Positions 59,410-64,000 of a stretch of 64,000 nucleotides of DNA are shown piece by piece. The position numbers and the translations under genes are program-made. The notes beneath the pieces were generated by a model. That model worked only from the letters and a program-made list of their open reading frames with translations, did no database searches and had not been told where the DNA came from. How positions within the stretch are numbered: position 1 is the first letter of the stretch; each line of letters opens with the position of its first letter. The DNA comes from Candidatus Tenderia sp. (GTDB taxonomy: Bacteria; Pseudomonadota; Gammaproteobacteria; Tenderiales; Tenderiaceae): NCBI GenBank assembly GCA_031416075.1, contig JANOSY010000092.1:1-64000 (forward strand), read 5' to 3'.

Positions 59410-61299
59410 CTAAAAACTATATTGAACATCAAAGATCACTCGCATATCGCTTTCGTTGGAGACCACATCCGGCTTGGAAAATTTATTCTTCACAGGAAAC
59501 GCAAGCTGTAAATCCCCCTTCAGTTGTGACCCATACGCAAACTGAAATCCAAGACCCGCGCTAGCCAGTTGCCCCTGAGTATCTGCTTCTTCCGGCACCA
59601 GTGAATACTGCTTTCCCCATCCATAATCAATAAACACCATCGGCTTAATCGACTCTTGCAACAGCGTGTTTTTAAACTTATTAAAACCCAACAGTGCCGG
59701 GTTGTTAAACACCCAATCCACGCCTGCATAAACAGCATCATCCGCCGAATATAAGTTAGGCGAAAACGCCCGGACCCGCGATGCACCCGCCAATGAAAAC
59801 CGCACAATCGACGAAAGATTTGCACCTGCATACTGTGCATTAGAACGGACAATAATACGTGTATCACTGCCAAACAGCGGCAGCCGCCAGAACTTCAGCG
59901 CAGTGTAATCGGCTGACAAAATCTTATAACGACTATCCTGCCCAGGGTCAACACCAAACACAAAAGAACCACTGGTCAACTTAACATTCCCCTGATGCAA
60001 CATATGTGATGATTCATTAAGCACATCATAATCAAACTGAATCGATAAATTCTGCAACTCTTCATCCAGGCGACGATCAACATCCGGCGTATTCCCCACC
60101 TGCAGATCTGACTCCACCCTGTCATATGAAAAAGCCACGCTATAATTTTCCAGCCGGCTCCGCTTCATCACATAGGTAAGCCCCAAGTCTTTAACGTTAA
60201 CCACGCCACTCAAATCAACACTGGTCAGTACAATAGACTGATCTACTATAAACTGATTTTTTGAAATTCCAAGACCCAATTTAAATCTCGGATTAAAAAG
60301 CGACATCTGATAATTCAATCGCCAATATTGGGTATTGTTGGGGCGCGAAGCCCCCAACAAACTCAACTTAAGAAGATCCGCATATCCTAATAGATTATTT
60401 CCCTGCAACTCACCATACAGACGATACAACCCTGTCTGATCGGTGCCATGGTTATCAAGCCTGATATTTGCGTTATAACGATCTTCATTTTTAACGTTAA
60501 TATTTATCTTTGTATCACCCACCTGCTGCCCAGGTTCAAAATAACCATCCGCACTGATGCCAGGGTAATCATTGATAAGGTACAACTTCTCCTCAACAAC
60601 CTCGCTGGTCACCGGCTTTGTCAGCACATCCTTAAATACCGCCGTCAACAACTGATCTGAATAGAGCCGATTGCCATGTGTCTTAACCTCACCCAACACA
60701 CCCACCAGCAGCGTTAAATTCACTACCCCATCCCGCACCTTCTGTTTGGGGATGTACGCCTTGGCTAAAATAAATCCACGCTCACGATAAAACTGCGTAA
60801 TTTTATCTGCCACAGCCTCTATCTGACTCAATAAAATACCGCGTCGGGACTGCTGATCACGCACCAGCCAGACAAGCCGCTGCACATCCGTTGAGGTCAC
60901 GTGGCGGTCCCGCGTCTCATCCTCAATATTACCTAACAGATCCGATATCTCACCCAGCTCATTGATTGTATATCCCGACGGCAGATACTCATCCTCCGCC
61001 ATCAGCTCCACACGAATCTCCTCAACCATCTGCCCCAGGGCCTCTTTTGTAATCCCCAACTCAGGATACTCAAGCAGACCCTGAATCCGGAACTGCGACA
61101 CCGCCAAGCGGGGACCCGACAACGGATCAATCTCACGCTTTTTAACACCGGGTATATTCAGATCGCGCACCAGCGTCTTTTTTTCAAGCACCGGCACATC
61201 CACAATCTCTGGCATCTCAACAACCCCCGACATCGCCGGGAGCGAAAAGAGCAGACCACCGATGGCCAATATAAAACCTCTATTTATTATCTGTCGCAT
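59410..61299 (-). CDS. ShlB/FhaC/HecB-family (TpsB) outer-membrane transporter
   Basis: Signal peptide, POTRA motif ITQFYRERGFILAKAYIPKQ, DNHG, VRAF and a terminal Phe. Confidence 0.82.
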   Translation of the reverse strand: MRQIINRGFILAIGGLLFSLPAMSGVVEMPEIVDVPVLEKKTLVRDLNIPGVKKREIDPLSGPRLAVSQFRIQGLLEYPELGITKEALGQMVEEIRVELMAEDEYLPSGYTINELGEISDLLGNIEDETRDRHVTSTDVQRLVWLVRDQQSRRGILLSQIEAVADKITQFYRERGFILAKAYIPKQKVRDGVVNLTLLVGVLGEVKTHGNRLYSDQLLTAVFKDVLTKPVTSEVVEEKLYLINDYPGISADGYFEPGQQVGDTKININVKNEDRYNANIRLDNHGTDQTGLYRLYGELQGNNLLGYADLLKLSLLGASRPNNTQYWRLNYQMSLFNPRFKLGLGISKNQFIVDQSIVLTSVDLSGVVNVKDLGLTYVMKRSRLENYSVAFSYDRVESDLQVGNTPDVDRRLDEELQNLSIQFDYDVLNESSHMLHQGNVKLTSGSFVFGVDPGQDSRYKILSADYTALKFWRLPLFGSDTRIIVRSNAQYAGANLSSIVRFSLAGASRVRAFSPNLYSADDAVYAGVDWVFNNPALLGFNKFKNTLLQESIKPMVFIDYGWGKQYSLVPEEADTQGQLASAGLGFQFAYGSQLKGDLQLAFPVKNKFSKPDVVSNESDMRVIFDVQYSF

Positions 61300-61350
61300 A
61301 AAACTCTATTCTTAAAAAAATCATTCAGCCGCCATAAAAACAGCAGACTG

Positions 61351-62502
61351 CTACTTAATACCACGCAACGCCTGCGCTGCTGCCTCTGTCATTTTACGCA
61401 TTAACCGCTCAAGGATGGTGCGCATAAAGGCGCGCGTCAGCTGCTCAACTGACTCGACAATTTTCATGCCCAACGCCTGCATCATTTTACGCATCACTCG
61501 CAATACCCAGATCCCGGTATCTTTGGCAAGGTCGATACCTTTGTGCAGTATCAGGGCGATTCTGTCTGCCAGGGTGGAAAGATTCATGGCGTGAGCCTGT
61601 AAAGATTCCAGCGCATTGACCATAATTCCTTTCAGCACCCACTGTAATCCGGCGTTAATAAACGCCCAGGTCTCAGGGTTAAAGGGGTTAACAGGCCTGT
61701 CTGAGGTCAGCCATTTTTGAATCATCGCTTCATTGCTGCTCAGCGGTGGTGGGCGTTTGATTTTATCCCATGTCGCCGCCTTCGCCTTTGTTATCGAAGT
61801 AACATACGATCCTATTTTATGAGCCTCTAAACTCACAATCTGATTTGTCGAAAAATAGTAACCATACCCTGGCAGCGGGGTATGTGAGTAGGGATAAACA
61901 GGCACCATTGGCACCGGGTCACTGTCGTGGTAAAGGCGGTGGATATTAGAGGCCTTCAGTTTTTTCGTCAGCTGTTTTGAGAAAAACTCAAAACCAACAC
62001 GGGGCGCGCCAAAGGTATAAAGTTTAACAGCCAAGCTCGTATGGGATTTCACCCAGTCCGCCGCCAGTGTCGCCACGGCACCGCCCAGACTGTGACCAAT
62101 ACAGTGAATACGGTTAACGTCCTTCAGGTTGGTGCTGATATAGGTTCGCAGCTGTGTAAGCATACTGGTAAAGGCGTGGTTAAAACCGATGTGAACCGGC
62201 AGTCCGGTCACGGAACGTTCATTTCCCAGCCGTGCATTGCTGATCCAGTCGGCCAGCCGGTCTGTACCGCGAATGATGATAAAGAGGTCATGTTCGTACC
62301 CTTTGCCGCCCCGGGCGCAGATGGCAAAGCCGTCCGTGACGGAGATCAGGCGTCCGCCTACCTCAGCCTTGAGCAGGGTTTTGCTTTTGGGGTCGGAGGC
62401 AAAAATTTTATCTGTTAAGAATATTTTTAAGCGCCTATCATCTCTAACCTGATATACACTCTTAGCCAACCGCGCAGCCATCAATGGCGTGATCTCTATC
62501 AC
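61351..62502 (-). CDS. Class 3 lipase, putative antibacterial effector
   Basis: IRGT, VHIGF, GHSLGGA, YTFGAPRVG and DPVPMVP. Confidence 0.88.
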   Translation of the reverse strand: MIEITPLMAARLAKSVYQVRDDRRLKIFLTDKIFASDPKSKTLLKAEVGGRLISVTDGFAICARGGKGYEHDLFIIIRGTDRLADWISNARLGNERSVTGLPVHIGFNHAFTSMLTQLRTYISTNLKDVNRIHCIGHSLGGAVATLAADWVKSHTSLAVKLYTFGAPRVGFEFFSKQLTKKLKASNIHRLYHDSDPVPMVPVYPYSHTPLPGYGYYFSTNQIVSLEAHKIGSYVTSITKAKAATWDKIKRPPPLSSNEAMIQKWLTSDRPVNPFNPETWAFINAGLQWVLKGIMVNALESLQAHAMNLSTLADRIALILHKGIDLAKDTGIWVLRVMRKMMQALGMKIVESVEQLTRAFMRTILERLMRKMTEAAAQALRGIK

Positions 62503-63014
62503 TTCACAAGCTCCTCTCTAATTGAGTCCCAAACGCAAGAGGTGCCAAGAAGCCCTCCTTTTGCATCGACAGAAACCAACTCATCTGTTAATTCGCATCT
62601 GAAATTGACAGGCACACCTCCTAATTCACCATACGTTTCACCCTTATCATGCTTAGACATAATCCATACAGCATATTCCTGCCCCTGATAATGAACAAAA
62701 ATATCCTGAAAAGCGACAATCTCAACTGGGAGAACACGCCTGATTTTCCGATTAACTGTGGAAAGAGCAAACCTCCCTTGATCATCCGCTATAACAAAGT
62801 CTGGCTCCCCTTTTTCCTCGTTGACATTTACATGTCTCACCACCTTGGCCCCTGCAGCTGGTTTACCTTGAAAGGTCAACGTCCCCTCCATAGCAGAAAA
62901 GAGACAGTAATTTTCAGCTTGAAACAACATATTATCCTCCTCACCTTTACAGCCGCCCAGCAACAGCAACGTGATTAACGCTGCCCACAGGCCACTCCGT
63001 TTTATATTAGCCAT
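62499..63014 (-). CDS. Lipoprotein (DUF6795-like), putative lipase immunity protein
   Basis: LGGC lipobox, EGTLTFQGKPAAGAKV and CELTDE. The stop overlaps the lipase start (GTGA). Confidence 0.75.
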   Translation of the reverse strand: MANIKRSGLWAALITLLLLGGCKGEEDNMLFQAENYCLFSAMEGTLTFQGKPAAGAKVVRHVNVNEEKGEPDFVIADDQGRFALSTVNRKIRRVLPVEIVAFQDIFVHYQGQEYAVWIMSKHDKGETYGELGGVPVNFRCELTDELVSVDAKGGLLGTSCVWDSIREELVK

Positions 63015-63050
63015 CACAGCCATCCTATTGATATAGTGCTCTATCAAACG

Positions 63051-63253
63051 TTATGCCCATCCCTTTAACCAGCTTAAACACATACCCGTAACGGTGATCA
63101 GGCGTCCGTCTACCTCAGCCTTGAGCATGGCTTTGCTTTTGGGGTCGGGGGCGAAGATTTTTTTGCTAAAAAAATTTTTAGCTGGATTGGGTCCCTTGCC
63201 CCATACACATCTCTTGCGAGTTCCGCTGCTGTTGTTGGTATGATGTCTATCAT
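63051..63253 (-). pseudogene. Truncated, frameshifted paralog of the lipase N-terminus
   Basis: MIDIIPTTAAELARDVY...LKIFL, then a 1-nt slip in a homopolymer run, then IFAPDPKSKAMLKAEVDGRLITVT. This matches the lipase N-terminus. Confidence 0.8.
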
Positions 63254-63423
63254 TTCAACACTCCCTTATCAATGGAATCCCAGACGCACGATGTTGCTAA
63301 AAGCCCATTTTCAATCTCCACACCAAACACCAGTTCATCCGTTAATTCACATTTTACGTTCACTAGTTTGCCACCAAAATCCTCATATTTTGGGCTACCG
63401 ACTTTGGACATATACCAGATCAT
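63250..63423 (-). pseudogene. C-terminal fragment of a second immunity lipoprotein
   Basis: MIWYMSK...GGKLVNVKCELTDELV...GLLASCVWDSIDKGVLK* is homologous to the C-terminus of 62499-63014. An in-frame stop lies upstream. Confidence 0.78.
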
Positions 63424-63573
63424 TGCTGTCCCGTTAACATCAGACTAGTGGTCCATGCGGTTAATTGTGTAACGAATTTTTTCACGCTCAGCCGAAGCCA
63501 AAAGAGGTATACGCATTTACGCATCATATATAGAAATATTATTAATTACATAACTTTCCGCATGAACCACTAG

Positions 63574-63691
63574 CTCCCCTCTTTAGCAAAGAGGGCTTGG
63601 GGGAGATTTGAAGGCTGACAGGGATATCCGTTATATCAGTTAGCTGCAAAGTTTTTAAATCCCCCTCAATCCCCCTTTTCAAAGGGAGAGG
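63574..63691. repeat. REP/REPIN-like paired palindromic element, copy 2
   Basis: CCCCTCTTTAGCAAAGAGGGCTTGGGGGAGATTT ... AAATCCCCCTCAATCCCCCTTTTCAAAGGGAG, similar to 16407-16500. Confidence 0.75.
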
Positions 63692-63888
63692 TCGTAATGG
63701 CCTGTTTTGAATGTCATGTCCATTTTTTTAAAATTCGTAATTTTCTGATCATTATCACGAAACAGTCTCTTTTCAGACGTTAACGGAACAGCATGGCCTG
63801 CTCCTCTCCTTTACAACCGTTCAGAAATAATAGTGTGATGAGCAATAGTGCAGTTCTGTTAGGTAATAGATTTATCATCATCACTGCT

Positions 63889-63981
63889 TTATATACGCGC
63901 ATTTTTTTCAACATGGCCGGGGGGCAGTCTGTATACATCGCTGGCCAGCTCCGCTGCTGTTGTTGGTGTGATATTTATCAT
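63889..63981 (-). pseudogene. Third lipase N-terminal remnant
   Basis: MINITPTTAAELASDVYR with SD GGAG. Similarity is then lost and a stop follows after 30 codons. Confidence 0.65.
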
Positions 63982-64000
63982 TGCGATGCTCCGTTATTAT

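Overview
Chromosomal window from a moderately GC-rich gammaproteobacterium. Core genes (nfeD/SPFH, comF-bioBFHC...bioD, glrK-qseG-glrR, rimO, ndvB-like glucan synthase) alternate with accessory segments. (1) The left end holds a sigma-54/IHF/enhancer-controlled unit missed by the ORF track. It encodes a 47-aa PEP-CTERM peptide with almost no passenger and a signal-peptide-less adhesin with a thioester-domain-like N-terminus and SdrD-B repeats. (2) A 1.8-kaa TSP3/FG-GAP surface protein follows. (3) The biotin operon has a BioB with a type II-like ligand pattern and is split by an insertion carrying IS remnants. (4) GlrR boxes and a sigma-54 promoter point at a small ORF and an exosortase-associated acyltransferase. 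(5) An AT-richer island (about 31.1-40.7 kb) encodes a MocR regulator, YiiM/MOSC, SHMT, an ArgD-like aminotransferase, an AurF/DnfA-like diiron N-oxygenase, a glutamine amidotransferase, rubredoxin and a reductase. It resembles the Alcaligenes dnf (Dirammox) cluster with a different electron-transfer chain and is the best candidate for an undescribed system. (6) The right end holds a KAP NTPase and a T6SS auxiliary locus: hcp, vgrG, adaptors, a Tle1 effector, three DUF2931 immunity paralogs, an orphan TpsB, and a lipase/immunity pair with decayed copies. No rRNA, tRNA or CRISPR array was seen. All family calls come from motif recognition, not database searches.
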